14,923 bases of DNA from Desulfovibrionaceae bacterium (GTDB taxonomy: Bacteria > Desulfobacterota > Desulfovibrionia > Desulfovibrionales > Desulfovibrionaceae), in NCBI GenBank assembly GCA_030539415.1, contig JAUNSE010000017.1, forward strand, positions 1 through 14,923. Direction: 5' to 3'. Under the pieces are notes generated by a model, which was not told where the DNA came from, did no database searches, and saw only the letters and a list, made by a program, of their open reading frames with translations. Positions 6,788 to 14,923 of this stretch are shown in pieces (position 1 is the stretch's first letter; each line of letters opens with the position of its first letter). The position numbers and the translations under genes were made by a program.

Positions 6788-7927
6788 CTACTCGCCCAGC
6801 AGGGCCAGCATGGTGCACATCTTGCCGCAGGTCTCGCGCCATTCGAGATCGAGCGTGGACTCGGGCAGGATGCCGCCGCCGGCATAGAGGCGGGCGCCGC
6901 TGCGCGAGAGCTTGAGGCAGCGCAGATTGACCACCAGATGGGCGGCCATGCCGTTGTCCCACCAGCCGAGGAAGCCGGCGTAGTAGCGCCGGTCCAGGCT
7001 TTCGGTGGTGAGGATGCGCCGGCGCGCCTCCTCGCGGGGCAGGCCGCAGACGGCCGGCGTGGGATGCAGGGCCTGCACCACGTCGCGGATGGCGGCGCCG
7101 CGCTTCAGCGCGAAGTTGAAGTCCGTGCGCAGGTGCTCCACCGTGCCGGCGGGGCTGGACTTGGGGCCGTCCTCCTCGAGTTCGGCGGCGTAGGGCGTCA
7201 AGGCCTGGCGGATGTAGTCCGCCACGATGGCCTGCTCGCTGCGGTTCTTGCTGTCCCAGGGCTCGCTTGAGCCGCGGTCGTGCGTGCCGGCCAGGGCCAT
7301 GGTGGTCCAGCCGCGCATCTGGCTGCCGCTTACCAGGATTTCGGGGCTAGCGCCTATCCAGGTGCCGCAGGAGCCGTGCACGAGGGAGACCAGGGCGTCG
7401 GGATAGCGGTCGCAGGCCTTGAGGAAGATGCGTCCGGCGGAGAAGGTGCCGGGAATGTCCTGGGAGCGGGAGAGCACCAGCTTCTTGAAGGAGTTCGCGC
7501 GCAGATCGTCCAGGAAGGCCGACAGGGAGCCGGCGTAGCCGCTGTCGGGATCGCAGCTGTAGAGGCGCGTCTTCAGCTCCTCGCAGGTGGGCACGGCGAA
7601 GGGCGGCACGCAGACCTCGCGGCGGCAGGTCTCGGTGGCTGCGGCCAGGCCGTGGGCGACCTTCTGCCAGCCGCGGTAGACGAGCTCGGCCCTGATGAAC
7701 ACCACAGGATGGCCCTGTCCCTCGGCAAAGGGGCTGAGCACGAAGCCGGTGCCGGTGATGTCGGCAAAGTGCTCGCGGCAGGTTTCGCGGCTGTCCTTCT
7801 GCAGCACAAGGACGGGGTCGTGGCCCGGTTCGCGGAAGAGCGCGAAGGAAATGTCGGCGCGGACCAGCACATCGACATTGGTGACGATGGACTGGCTTTC
7901 GTTGGAGGGGGAAAGGGACTGGGACAA
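6788..7927 (-). CDS. menF: Isochorismate synthase (chorismate-binding enzyme).
   Basis: The C-terminal chorismate-binding signature is LHPTPAVCGLPREEA...YYAGFLGW...VNLRC...LYAGGGILPES..LEWRET. It sits directly upstream of menD. The start is an apparent TTG at 7927 with GAGGA 9 nt upstream, so the exact start is uncertain. Confidence 0.85.
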   Translation of the reverse strand: MSQSLSPSNESQSIVTNVDVLVRADISFALFREPGHDPVLVLQKDSRETCREHFADITGTGFVLSPFAEGQGHPVVFIRAELVYRGWQKVAHGLAAATETCRREVCVPPFAVPTCEELKTRLYSCDPDSGYAGSLSAFLDDLRANSFKKLVLSRSQDIPGTFSAGRIFLKACDRYPDALVSLVHGSCGTWIGASPEILVSGSQMRGWTTMALAGTHDRGSSEPWDSKNRSEQAIVADYIRQALTPYAAELEEDGPKSSPAGTVEHLRTDFNFALKRGAAIRDVVQALHPTPAVCGLPREEARRRILTTESLDRRYYAGFLGWWDNGMAAHLVVNLRCLKLSRSGARLYAGGGILPESTLDLEWRETCGKMCTMLALLGE

Positions 7928-7982
7928 GGTGATGCTTCCTCAGAAAAATAACGGAAAGAGCGCGCAGGGGCCGTCCGGCCGG

Positions 7983-8432
7983 CTAGTGCTGCAGCGGTAT
8001 GATGTGGTTGAGAACGCGGGCCGTGGAGATGAGGCGCCCGGACTCTCCGTCCAGCACGTCCACGTTCCACAGATGCGTGCTGCGGCCCTCGTGGAGGAGC
8101 GTGGCCCTGCCGAGGACAAGGCCGCCCTTCGCCTTGCCGGAGACGTGGTTCGCGGTCACGGAGGCGCCCACGGGCTTGAGCGCGGGAGGGAGGCGCAGGA
8201 CCGAGCCGATGCCGGCCAGGCTTTCCTGCAGGGCCAGCATGGCGCCGCCGCTGAGATAGCCGAAAGGCTGGCAGGTGGCGTCGTCGGCAGGCATGGTGGC
8301 GCGCACCTCGCCCTCCTCTCCCTCGAAGCTGGCCGGGGAAAGAAAGGTGATGCCCAGCGTGGTCACGATGGACGGAATGGTGTTGGCCTGCCGGATGAGC
8401 TCCTCTATGTCCGGATGCGTCTGCTGGTTCAT
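7983..8432 (-). CDS. menI: PaaI/YdiI-family hotdog-fold thioesterase, the likely 1,4-dihydroxy-2-naphthoyl-CoA hydrolase (149 aa).
   Basis: MNQQTHPDIEELI...ATMPADDATCQPFGYLSGGAMLALQESLAG...ANHVSGKAKG...GRSTHLWNVDV resembles E. coli YdiI ([27 protein letters not shown]...NANHV...GSRHQVWQIEI). The ATG at 8432 follows an AGGAGG sequence that overlaps the hypD stop. The rest of the 7983-9275 track ORF is an out-of-frame shadow of hypD. Confidence 0.75.
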   Translation of the reverse strand: MNQQTHPDIEELIRQANTIPSIVTTLGITFLSPASFEGEEGEVRATMPADDATCQPFGYLSGGAMLALQESLAGIGSVLRLPPALKPVGASVTANHVSGKAKGGLVLGRATLLHEGRSTHLWNVDVLDGESGRLISTARVLNHIIPLQH

Positions 8433-8440
8433 GGCCCCTC

Positions 8441-9577
8441 CTAGATTGCGTACTTGTAGTAGGCCGCGCAGCTGCCCTCGGTGGAGACCATGCAGGGGCC
8501 CACGGGATCCATGGGCGTGCAGACCCTGCCGAAGAGCGGACAGGAGTTCGGGGCGATGCGGCCCTTGAGCACGTCGCCGCAGCGGCAGCCGGGGATGGAT
8601 TTCGTCTCGCGCAGGCTGACGCCCAGGCGGACCATGGCGTCCTGCTCGGCATACTCGCCCCTGAGGCGCAGGCCGGAGTCGGGAATGACGCCCAGGCCGC
8701 GCCACAGCGCGTCGCAGGGCTCGAAGACCTGCTGCATCAGGGACATGGCCATGGGATTGCCCTGTCTGGGCACGGCCCTGGGATAGGCGTTGCTGACCCT
8801 TGGCGCACCGTCGCGCAGGTCCTCGGCCAGATGGCAGAGGGCCAGGGCCATGTCGGCGGGAGTGAAGCCGCCCACGCAGGCAGGCACCTTCCATTCCGAG
8901 CTCAGGAACTCGAAGGGCTCTAGGCCGGTGACCATGCAGACATGGCCGGGCAGGAGAAAGGCGTCTATGGCCGCGTCCCTGTCGGCGAGCAGGACCTTGA
9001 GGGCAGGCGGCACCAGCTTGTGCAGGGACAGGACGCAGAAGTTCACGAGACCGCGCTGCCTCGCCGCGACCAGGGTGCCGGCCACGGTGGGCGCCGTGGT
9101 CTCGAAGCCGATGCCGATGAAGACCACGGTCCAGTCCGGATGCTCGGCCGCGATGGTCAGGGCGTCCAGAGGGGAGTAGACTATCTTCACCAGGGCGCCG
9201 TCGGCCATGGCGTGCTTCAGGCTCTCTCCGTTCGGGCCCGGGACGCGGATGAGATCGCCGAAGGTGGCGATGCACACCCTGTCCATGCGGGCCATCTCAA
9301 GAAAGGCCGCGACTTCGGAATCGTGGGTCACGCAGACCGGGCAGCCCGGTCCGGAGAGATGCACCACCCCGGCGGGCAGGAGCGAGCGCAGACCGCTCTG
9401 GAACAGGGACACCGTGTGCGTGCCGCAGACTTCCATGAAGCGCATGGTGTGGTTCGGCACGGCGTCGAGCGCCTTTTCCAGACGGTCCAGCAGGCTGCGG
9501 CAGAGCGCCGGATCCTGCATGGCGTTCTCGATGGAGGAGGCCAGGTTCTGCTCCCGGCCCGGAGGGGTTTGGGACAT
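8441..9577 (-). CDS. hypD: [NiFe]-hydrogenase maturation protein HypD.
   Basis: The motifs MEVCGTHT, GPGCPVCVT, GFETTAP, PGHVC and the C-terminal STEGSCAAYYKY are colinear with E. coli HypD. AGGGAG lies 9 nt upstream of the ATG. Confidence 0.92.
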   Translation of the reverse strand: MSQTPPGREQNLASSIENAMQDPALCRSLLDRLEKALDAVPNHTMRFMEVCGTHTVSLFQSGLRSLLPAGVVHLSGPGCPVCVTHDSEVAAFLEMARMDRVCIATFGDLIRVPGPNGESLKHAMADGALVKIVYSPLDALTIAAEHPDWTVVFIGIGFETTAPTVAGTLVAARQRGLVNFCVLSLHKLVPPALKVLLADRDAAIDAFLLPGHVCMVTGLEPFEFLSSEWKVPACVGGFTPADMALALCHLAEDLRDGAPRVSNAYPRAVPRQGNPMAMSLMQQVFEPCDALWRGLGVIPDSGLRLRGEYAEQDAMVRLGVSLRETKSIPGCRCGDVLKGRIAPNSCPLFGRVCTPMDPVGPCMVSTEGSCAAYYKYAI

Positions 9578-9613
9578 GAGATGAAACTCCCTGTTGTGCG
9601 GGACTGGGGGGGA

Positions 9614-10684
9614 CTACGGCAGCAGGGGCGCCTGGCCCAGGCCGGCGGACACGGGCAGGCCGAACATCAGGTTGGCGTTGGCCAGAGCCTGGCCGGAGGC
9701 GCCGCGGCAGATGTTGTCGATGGCCGAGACAATGATGAGGCGGCCGGTTCTGGGATCTTGCACGAGGCCGATGTCGCAGAAGAGCGAGCCGCGCACGTTG
9801 CGGGTCTCGGGGAGACTGCCCTTGGCCAGCACGCGCACGAAGGGCTTGTCCTTGTAGAAGTCCCGGTAGGTCTGCCAGATCTCGTCCATGGAGGCCTCGA
9901 CGATCAGCTTCGTGTAGATGGTCGTCAGAATGCCCCTGTTCATGGGCACGAGATGGGGGTTGAAGGAGACCGTGAGCGGAGTGCCGGCCAGCAGGGAGAG
10001 CTCCTGCTCGATTTCCGGGGTGTGGCGGTGCTTGCCGAGGCCGTAGGCCTTGAAGGAGTCGTAGACCTCGCAGAAGAGCGAGGTGGTCTGCGCCTTGCGG
10101 CCGGCGCCGGAGGTGCCGGACTTGGAGTCGATGACGATGTCGGCGGAGCTCACGAGGCCCGCCTGCAGGGCGGGAGCGAGACCGAGGATGGCGGAGGTGG
10201 GGTAGCAGCCGGGATTGGCCACCAGCGTGGCCTTGGCGACCTCGGCGGCGTACAGCTCGGGCAGGCCGTAGACGGCTTTGGGCAGCAGATCCGTGCGGGT
10301 GTGGGTGACCTTGTACCAGGCCTCGTAGACATTCACGTCATGGATGCGGAAGTCCGCGGACAGGTCCACGACCCTGACGCCGAGGTCGGCCAGCTCGCCG
10401 GCCATGACCATGGCCTTGCCGTGCGGCACGGCCAGAAAGACCACGTCGCAGGCCTCGGCCACGCTCTTCGCGTTGTAGACGGAGATGACCACGTCGCTGC
10501 CGGGCAGCCCCTCAAGGAAGGGATAGAATTCGCCCAGGCGGCGGCCGGACTCCGAGCGCGAGCAGCCCATGACGAGCTCCATGCTCGGATGTGAGACAAG
10601 AAGGCGGGCCAGTTCCATGCCTGTATAGCCGGTGATGCCGACAAGGCCGACTCTGATTTTGTCCATGGCGTTGAAAATCCTCAT
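9614..10684 (-). CDS. argC: N-acetyl-gamma-glutamyl-phosphate reductase.
   Basis: It has the NAD-binding motif GLVGITGYTGMEL and the active-site motif NPGCYPTS. The family assignment is clear. The start is ambiguous between the ATG at 10684 (MRIFNAMDK...) and the ATG at 10666 (MDKIRVGLVG...), and neither has a strong Shine-Dalgarno sequence. Confidence 0.9.
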   Translation of the reverse strand: MRIFNAMDKIRVGLVGITGYTGMELARLLVSHPSMELVMGCSRSESGRRLGEFYPFLEGLPGSDVVISVYNAKSVAEACDVVFLAVPHGKAMVMAGELADLGVRVVDLSADFRIHDVNVYEAWYKVTHTRTDLLPKAVYGLPELYAAEVAKATLVANPGCYPTSAILGLAPALQAGLVSSADIVIDSKSGTSGAGRKAQTTSLFCEVYDSFKAYGLGKHRHTPEIEQELSLLAGTPLTVSFNPHLVPMNRGILTTIYTKLIVEASMDEIWQTYRDFYKDKPFVRVLAKGSLPETRNVRGSLFCDIGLVQDPRTGRLIIVSAIDNICRGASGQALANANLMFGLPVSAGLGQAPLLP

Positions 10685-10767
10685 GATAGATTGCGGAGAA
10701 CGCGGTCCCGGGCGCTGTGTCCGGGGCCGCGGTGAGTCGTTGTGCGGGCTTTTGGGATGCGTCAGTT

Positions 10768-11049
10768 CTACCTGCTCTTATCGCACAGGCAGACGTACTT
10801 CATCTTGAGCTCGTAGAGCACGCTGTCGAGCAGGCCCTTCTCGTCGCCGGTGAGGCCCTTGCGGGTCTTCTCCTCCAGCATGGAGAGGGTGTCTATGGTG
10901 TGCTTGGCCATCAGGGGATCGGCGGAGGTTTCGCCGGTGGCCGGATTCGGCACTTCGCCCAGGTTGACCAGGGCGGAGGAGGCCAGGGAGAGAACGAAGG
11001 TGGAGAAGGTTATCTCGGGCAGGGCGCCCTGCTGGGTGCTGTCGGCCAT
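10768..11049 (-). CDS. Small conserved protein of unknown function, DUF1844-like (93 aa).
   Basis: FSTFVLSLASSALVNLGE...P.TGE...L..AKHTIDTLSMLEEKTRGNL-type pattern matches my recollection of DUF1844. CAGGAG precedes the ATG, and GC3 is high. Confidence 0.65.
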   Translation of the reverse strand: MADSTQQGALPEITFSTFVLSLASSALVNLGEVPNPATGETSADPLMAKHTIDTLSMLEEKTRKGLTGDEKGLLDSVLYELKMKYVCLCDKSR

Positions 11050-11070
11050 GATGAGCTCCTGAAGGCGGGA

Positions 11071-12258
11071 CTAGTCGTGCACAAGCGGGGGCTCGACGCC
11101 GATTTCGCCCTCCAGGGCGGCGCGGTAGGAGGCCATGCCCTGTTCGAGGAAGTCGTGCGCGCCGCAGAAGCCGCCGTTGTCGATGATGGTGCGGTTGAGG
11201 GCGTACAGGCCGGCCAGAATGTCGGACCAGTCGAGCCAGCCCATGTGGGCCAGGCGCACGATGCGGCCCTTGAGGGCGTCCTGGCCGCCGGCGAGATAGG
11301 CGCCGTACTTCTCGGCGCAGTCGGCCACGATGCGGCCGCCGTCGACGCCGTCGGGCAGCAGGATGCTGGTGAGGCCCCAGGTGTAGTTGGTCCTGGCAAA
11401 GGGCGTGAGGCCCATGGCCTGCACGGCGCGGCGGGTGAGCTGGGTCAGGGCCCACTGCTTGCGGAAGACCGCGTCGAGGCCGTCGGCCAGCAGCATGTCC
11501 ATGCTGACCTTGAGGCCCTGCAGCAGATTGACGGGCGAGGTGAAGTTGGTTTCGAACTTCTCGAGCTTTTTGCGCTCGGCCGGCAGGTTGAAGTAGAAGC
11601 AGCCGGGCGTCACGTCCGCGCAGCGCTTCCAGGCCCGCTCGGACAGGGCCAGCAGGGCCAGGCCCGGAGGCAGCATCAGACCCTTCTGGGAGCCGGTGAC
11701 CAGACAGTCGATGCCCCATTCGTCCATCGGGCAGGGGCACAGGGAGACGCCGGAGACGCCGTCGACCACCAGCAGGACATCGCGGCCGGCCATCTTGGCG
11801 CCGATTTCGCGCACGGGGTGCAGCACGCCGGTGGACGTCTCGGAGAGCTGCACGAGCACGCCCCGCACATCGGGGTTCTCGTCCAGCGCGTGCTCCACGT
11901 CCTCGGGAGCGACGGCCAGGCCCCACTCCACGGTGAGCTCGAGCACTTCCAGGCCGCGGGAGGCGGCAATCTTCGTCCACCGCTCGCCGAACTTGCCGGC
12001 ATTGACGACCAGCACCTTCTCGCCCGGGGTGAAGAGGCTGTACACGGCGGCGGTCATGGCGCCGGAGCCGGAGCAGGACAGGGGCAGAACGGGCTGGCTC
12101 GTGCCGAAGAGCACCTGCAGCTTCTCCTCGCATTCGCGCAGGATGTCGTGGAAGGCGGCCTTGCGGTGATGTATCATGTCCTGGGCCAGAGCCAGGCGGA
12201 CCTCTTCGGGGAGCGGCGTGGGGCCGGGAGTCAGGAGACGGTTTTTGTTCAGAATCAT
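11071..12258 (-). CDS. Class V PLP-dependent aminotransferase (serine-pyruvate / alanine-glyoxylate / phosphoserine aminotransferase family).
   Basis: The N-terminus is LLTPGPTPLPEEV and the PLP-lysine context is TGSQKGLMLPPGLA. The product is 395 aa. Its ATG overlaps the upstream stop (ATGA at 12255-12258). Substrate specificity cannot be told from sequence alone. Confidence 0.8.
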   Translation of the reverse strand: MILNKNRLLTPGPTPLPEEVRLALAQDMIHHRKAAFHDILRECEEKLQVLFGTSQPVLPLSCSGSGAMTAAVYSLFTPGEKVLVVNAGKFGERWTKIAASRGLEVLELTVEWGLAVAPEDVEHALDENPDVRGVLVQLSETSTGVLHPVREIGAKMAGRDVLLVVDGVSGVSLCPCPMDEWGIDCLVTGSQKGLMLPPGLALLALSERAWKRCADVTPGCFYFNLPAERKKLEKFETNFTSPVNLLQGLKVSMDMLLADGLDAVFRKQWALTQLTRRAVQAMGLTPFARTNYTWGLTSILLPDGVDGGRIVADCAEKYGAYLAGGQDALKGRIVRLAHMGWLDWSDILAGLYALNRTIIDNGGFCGAHDFLEQGMASYRAALEGEIGVEPPLVHD

Positions 12259-13490
12259 TGTTGTTGTCCTTGCTGCGTGTCGTCCCTGCCGGGGCGGTTA
12301 TGCGGGCGGGCCTGGCGCGCGCACTGCACGATCAGGCACTTGAGATAGGCGGTTTCCGGCATGGCGCAGTGCACCGGGTGGTCCGGGCCCTGCCTGCCGG
12401 CCGCGAGCAGACGGGGGAGCGCGCCGAGCCTGGCCGAGGCCTGGGAGACGCAGCCGCGCAGATCGTCCGCTGAAAGAAGCTGGGAGCAGGAGCTGGTCAC
12501 AAGCAGCCCTCCGTCGCGCACGAGCTGCATGCCCAGGTAGTTGAGGCGGCGGTAGGCGTTGAGGCCTTCCTTGTAGTCCCTGCGGCGCTTGATGAAGGCC
12601 GGGGGATCGATGCTGACCACGTCGAAGGTGCGGCCCGCGTCGCGCAGCTCCTTGAGCGCGTCGAAGGCGTCTCCGCAGACGGTCTCGCAGCCGCCGCCGG
12701 AATTGGCGCGATGGTTCCTCTCCGCGAAGGAGAGGGCTTTTGCCGAGGCGTCCAGATAGACGACCGAGGAGGCGCCGGCCCGGGCGGCGGCAACGCCGAA
12801 GCCGCCGGCGTAGGAGAAGGCGTCCAGCACGTCCCTGCCGCGGCAGAGGGAGGCGGTCAGGCGGTGATTGTCGCGCTGATCGTAGAACCAGCCGGTTTTC
12901 TGGCCCTCGCGGCCGGGCACGAGGTAGACGCAGCCGTTCTCGAGCACCTCCAGCTCCTCGGGCACCGGTCCCTCGAAGACGCGCCCGCCGGTTTCAAGCC
13001 CCTCCAGGACGCGGGAGCCGGCCGTGTCGTCCCAGAGGACGGAGGCGGGATGCACCAGCTCGTCGAGAATCCCGCGCACCAGATCCCTGCGCCGCTCCAT
13101 GGCCAGCGTGGTCACCTGGCAGGCCAGATGGCTGCCGTAGCGGTCCACCACAAGGCCCGGCAGAAAGTCGCCCTCGCCGAAGGCCAGGCGGAAGTAGGGG
13201 CTGTCGAACAGGCGCTCGCGCAGGGAGAGGGCGTCCGTCAGCCGCTCGCGCAGAAGATCCGCGTCCAGGGGGCGCTTCTCGCGCGAGTAGACGCGGGCGC
13301 AGATGAGGGAGTGGGGATTGACGCAGGCAGAGCCCAGAAAGGCTCCGCGCGCGTCGGTGACGGCAGCCTCCTCGCCGGGCTCGAAGGCGGTCAGGGGCGT
13401 GTGCGCCGTGTCCACCTCGTTGGAGAAAACCCACAGATGCCCCGCCCTGATGCGGCGGTCCTCGCTGCGGCGAAGCTTCAGAATCTTCAT
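12255..13490 (-). CDS. rlmI: PUA-domain class I SAM-dependent rRNA (cytosine-C5) methyltransferase, RlmI-like (411 aa).
   Basis: MKILKLRRSEDRRIRAGHLWVFSNEV is a PUA-type N-terminus. Other matching segments are QKTGWFYDQRDNH, DAFSYAGGFG, SIDPPAF and LVTSSCS. The ATG at 13490 follows AAGGAGG and overlaps the upstream stop (ATGA). The track ORF extending to 13754 is an upstream extension inside the neighbouring gene. Confidence 0.8.
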   Translation of the reverse strand: MKILKLRRSEDRRIRAGHLWVFSNEVDTAHTPLTAFEPGEEAAVTDARGAFLGSACVNPHSLICARVYSREKRPLDADLLRERLTDALSLRERLFDSPYFRLAFGEGDFLPGLVVDRYGSHLACQVTTLAMERRRDLVRGILDELVHPASVLWDDTAGSRVLEGLETGGRVFEGPVPEELEVLENGCVYLVPGREGQKTGWFYDQRDNHRLTASLCRGRDVLDAFSYAGGFGVAAARAGASSVVYLDASAKALSFAERNHRANSGGGCETVCGDAFDALKELRDAGRTFDVVSIDPPAFIKRRRDYKEGLNAYRRLNYLGMQLVRDGGLLVTSSCSQLLSADDLRGCVSQASARLGALPRLLAAGRQGPDHPVHCAMPETAYLKCLIVQCARQARPHNRPGRDDTQQGQQQ

Positions 13491-14923
13491 TGTCTTCCGG
13501 CCTCCTTGTCCGCGGCCGCCCCCGAGCGGGGCAGGGACACGGGGAAGAGTCTTTCGGACTGCACGGTCAGGCTCGCGGCGCCGGGCTCGTTCCGCACCTC
13601 GAACAGGGAGCCGAAGCGGCCCAGAATGGCGGCGAATTCGGCGCCGTGCAGCACGCGGCCCTTCGCCGTGGAAAGGGTGACCGTGCCCGGCGCGTCCACA
13701 AAGTCGGCCAGGCGTCCGCACTGCACCCTGTCCGCCTCGCCGTCCCCGCGGCACAGGCTCCCTGCGCCGGCCTTGAGCAGCATGCCGGCGGCATGGGCGT
13801 CGGGCATGTAGGCGTGGGCCACGCGGGCGGTGAGGCCTGCGTCGGTCCAGGTCAGGGACAGGTCGCGCACGGTGGAGGCATCGGCGTCAACCACGAAGTC
13901 GTAGCGCAGGCTGCCGAGGCCGGCGGCGCGGATTTCGCCCTGCTCGCGGCTTTCGTTCACGCCGGCCGTGGAGAGGTCGGCATCCACGCGCACTTCGCTG
14001 ATGCCGCCCATGGAGATGGGCAGGTTGTCGGAGAGCACCGCGGCCGGGAAGCTCAGGCCGCGAACATGCAGGTCGGCCTCCAGGCTGCCGCCCTTCCATT
14101 CGAGCTCGCAGCCTTCCACGGACACGGGCGGAAGCCCTTCGGCCGTGTAGACGGCGTTTTCGGCCGCGGCGCGGCTCAGCAGGGGGCCGTTGTCCACCAG
14201 GCCCTGCTCCAGCGAGGGCGGCGGCGTCGGGGCCGGGGCGCGGCCGAAGGCCACAAGCTCGCTCAGAAGCTCGGGGGAGACGCGCACGTCGCTCAGGGTG
14301 AGACTGTCCATGGCCAGACGGAAGTCGCCGGGCTCGATGGAGAGCCCGCGGGCGGTGATCCGCTGCGCGCAGGAGCCGCGCATGTCCACGGCCTCGATGC
14401 TGTCGGCGCTGACGCGGCCGGAACGGGCGCGGGAGCGCAGCTCGTGGCTGAAGCCGCTCATGACCAGCCTGTCGGCGTGCACGCCGTTGACGGCCTTGGC
14501 AAAGGGCGGGCGCAGGCCGGAGGCGTACTGCTGGGCCAGGGAGTAGACAAGGTTCACTGTCTTCACCTCGAGGCGCTCCGCGCTGGAGGCGAAGTCGCGG
14601 CCGGACCAGGAGATGTCCCTGACAGTCAGGTTCTCGAGCACGGGCACGGAGCTGTCGGCATCGAAGAAGAGGTTGCCGAGCAGGGGCAGGCATGTGAACA
14701 GGCCGCGCAGGGTCACGTCGGCTTCGGCCGGGCCGCCCTTCATGGTGAGGGTCTGCGGGCCGGACGTGTAGGTGCTGCGCCAGCCTGTCACCCGAATCTG
14801 CCGCTTCAGAGGCGAGAACTCGACGGAGTCGATGTCGGTGTCGGCCGTGCCGGCGATGCTCATGATGGCGTCGGCGGTCATGTCCTCGACGGACGACTTG
14901 AAGATGGCGCCGGCTCCGAGCAG
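13487..14923 (-). CDS. Hypothetical protein, 5'-partial, with the frame open to the right window edge. It may be an AsmA/DUF748-like beta-rich envelope protein.
   Basis: The frame spans 479 codons with strong GC3 bias and runs in frame to the last base of the window. The internal ATG at 14881 has no properly spaced Shine-Dalgarno sequence. I recognise no catalytic motif. Recurrent short segments of the type L-x-V/L-x-D-(V/I)-x-(V/W)-S suggest an extended beta architecture, but that reading is weak. Confidence 0.6.
   Translation of the reverse strand: MLGAGAIFKSSVEDMTADAIMSIAGTADTDIDSVEFSPLKRQIRVTGWRSTYTSGPQTLTMKGGPAEADVTLRGLFTCLPLLGNLFFDADSSVPVLENLTVRDISWSGRDFASSAERLEVKTVNLVYSLAQQYASGLRPPFAKAVNGVHADRLVMSGFSHELRSRARSGRVSADSIEAVDMRGSCAQRITARGLSIEPGDFRLAMDSLTLSDVRVSPELLSELVAFGRAPAPTPPPSLEQGLVDNGPLLSRAAAENAVYTAEGLPPVSVEGCELEWKGGSLEADLHVRGLSFPAAVLSDNLPISMGGISEVRVDADLSTAGVNESREQGEIRAAGLGSLRYDFVVDADASTVRDLSLTWTDAGLTARVAHAYMPDAHAAGMLLKAGAGSLCRGDGEADRVQCGRLADFVDAPGTVTLSTAKGRVLHGAEFAAILGRFGSLFEVRNEPGAASLTVQSERLFPVSLPRSGAAADKEAGRQ

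Noticed and set aside
7573-9275. Minus-strand ORFs 7573-8652 (359 aa) and 7983-9275 (430 aa), and 10778-12133 (451 aa).
   Set aside because: These are alternative frames overlapping menF, menI, hypD or the aminotransferase, and they are R/P/G-rich with no motifs. Only the last 149 codons of 7983-9275 (the thioesterase) are real.
10702-10730. 10-bp imperfect inverted repeat GCGGTCCCGG-N9-CCGGGGCCGC between DUF1844 and argC, considered as a possible terminator.
   Set aside because: On the transcribed minus strand the stem has an A-C mismatch and no U-tract follows it (GTTCTCCGC). It could be a minor RNA structure, but there is no support for termination or regulation.
12258-12330. Unusual hydrophilic Q-rich C-terminal tail of the RlmI-like protein (ARQARPHNRPGRDDTQQGQQQ).
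   Set aside because: It is most simply a non-conserved tail whose codons double as the Shine-Dalgarno sequence (AAGGA) and the ATGA overlap for the downstream aminotransferase. There is no frameshift signature or repeat structure.

Overview
High-GC (~65%) chromosomal segment that looks Desulfovibrio/Desulfovibrionaceae-like; this taxonomic guess rests on gene content and codon style, not on a search. From 1761 to the right edge there is one co-directional minus-strand string of tightly packed housekeeping genes. In transcription order they are a 5'-partial unknown protein, an rlmI-like methyltransferase, a class V aminotransferase, DUF1844, argC, hypD, a menI-like thioesterase, menF and menD. 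A 220-bp gap holding a strong intrinsic terminator follows, then menB, menC and menE. The string therefore carries a near-complete classical menaquinone (men) cluster without menH. The left end is the unusual part. First, a single open frame joins the C-terminal end of a formate dehydrogenase alpha subunit in frame to the last two-thirds of BioA, across a shared DPVTGMH-type motif. This is a deletion, rearrangement or assembly chimera. Second, a 726-bp non-coding convergent gap contains three direct copies of an AT-rich ~40-bp motif built around a 16-bp palindrome, spaced 216 and 215 bp apart. Their function is unknown. I saw no CRISPR array, tRNA/rRNA, transposase or recognisable defence system. 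Many long ORFs in the track are antisense shadows typical of GC-rich DNA. All family assignments come from recalled motifs; no database search was run.
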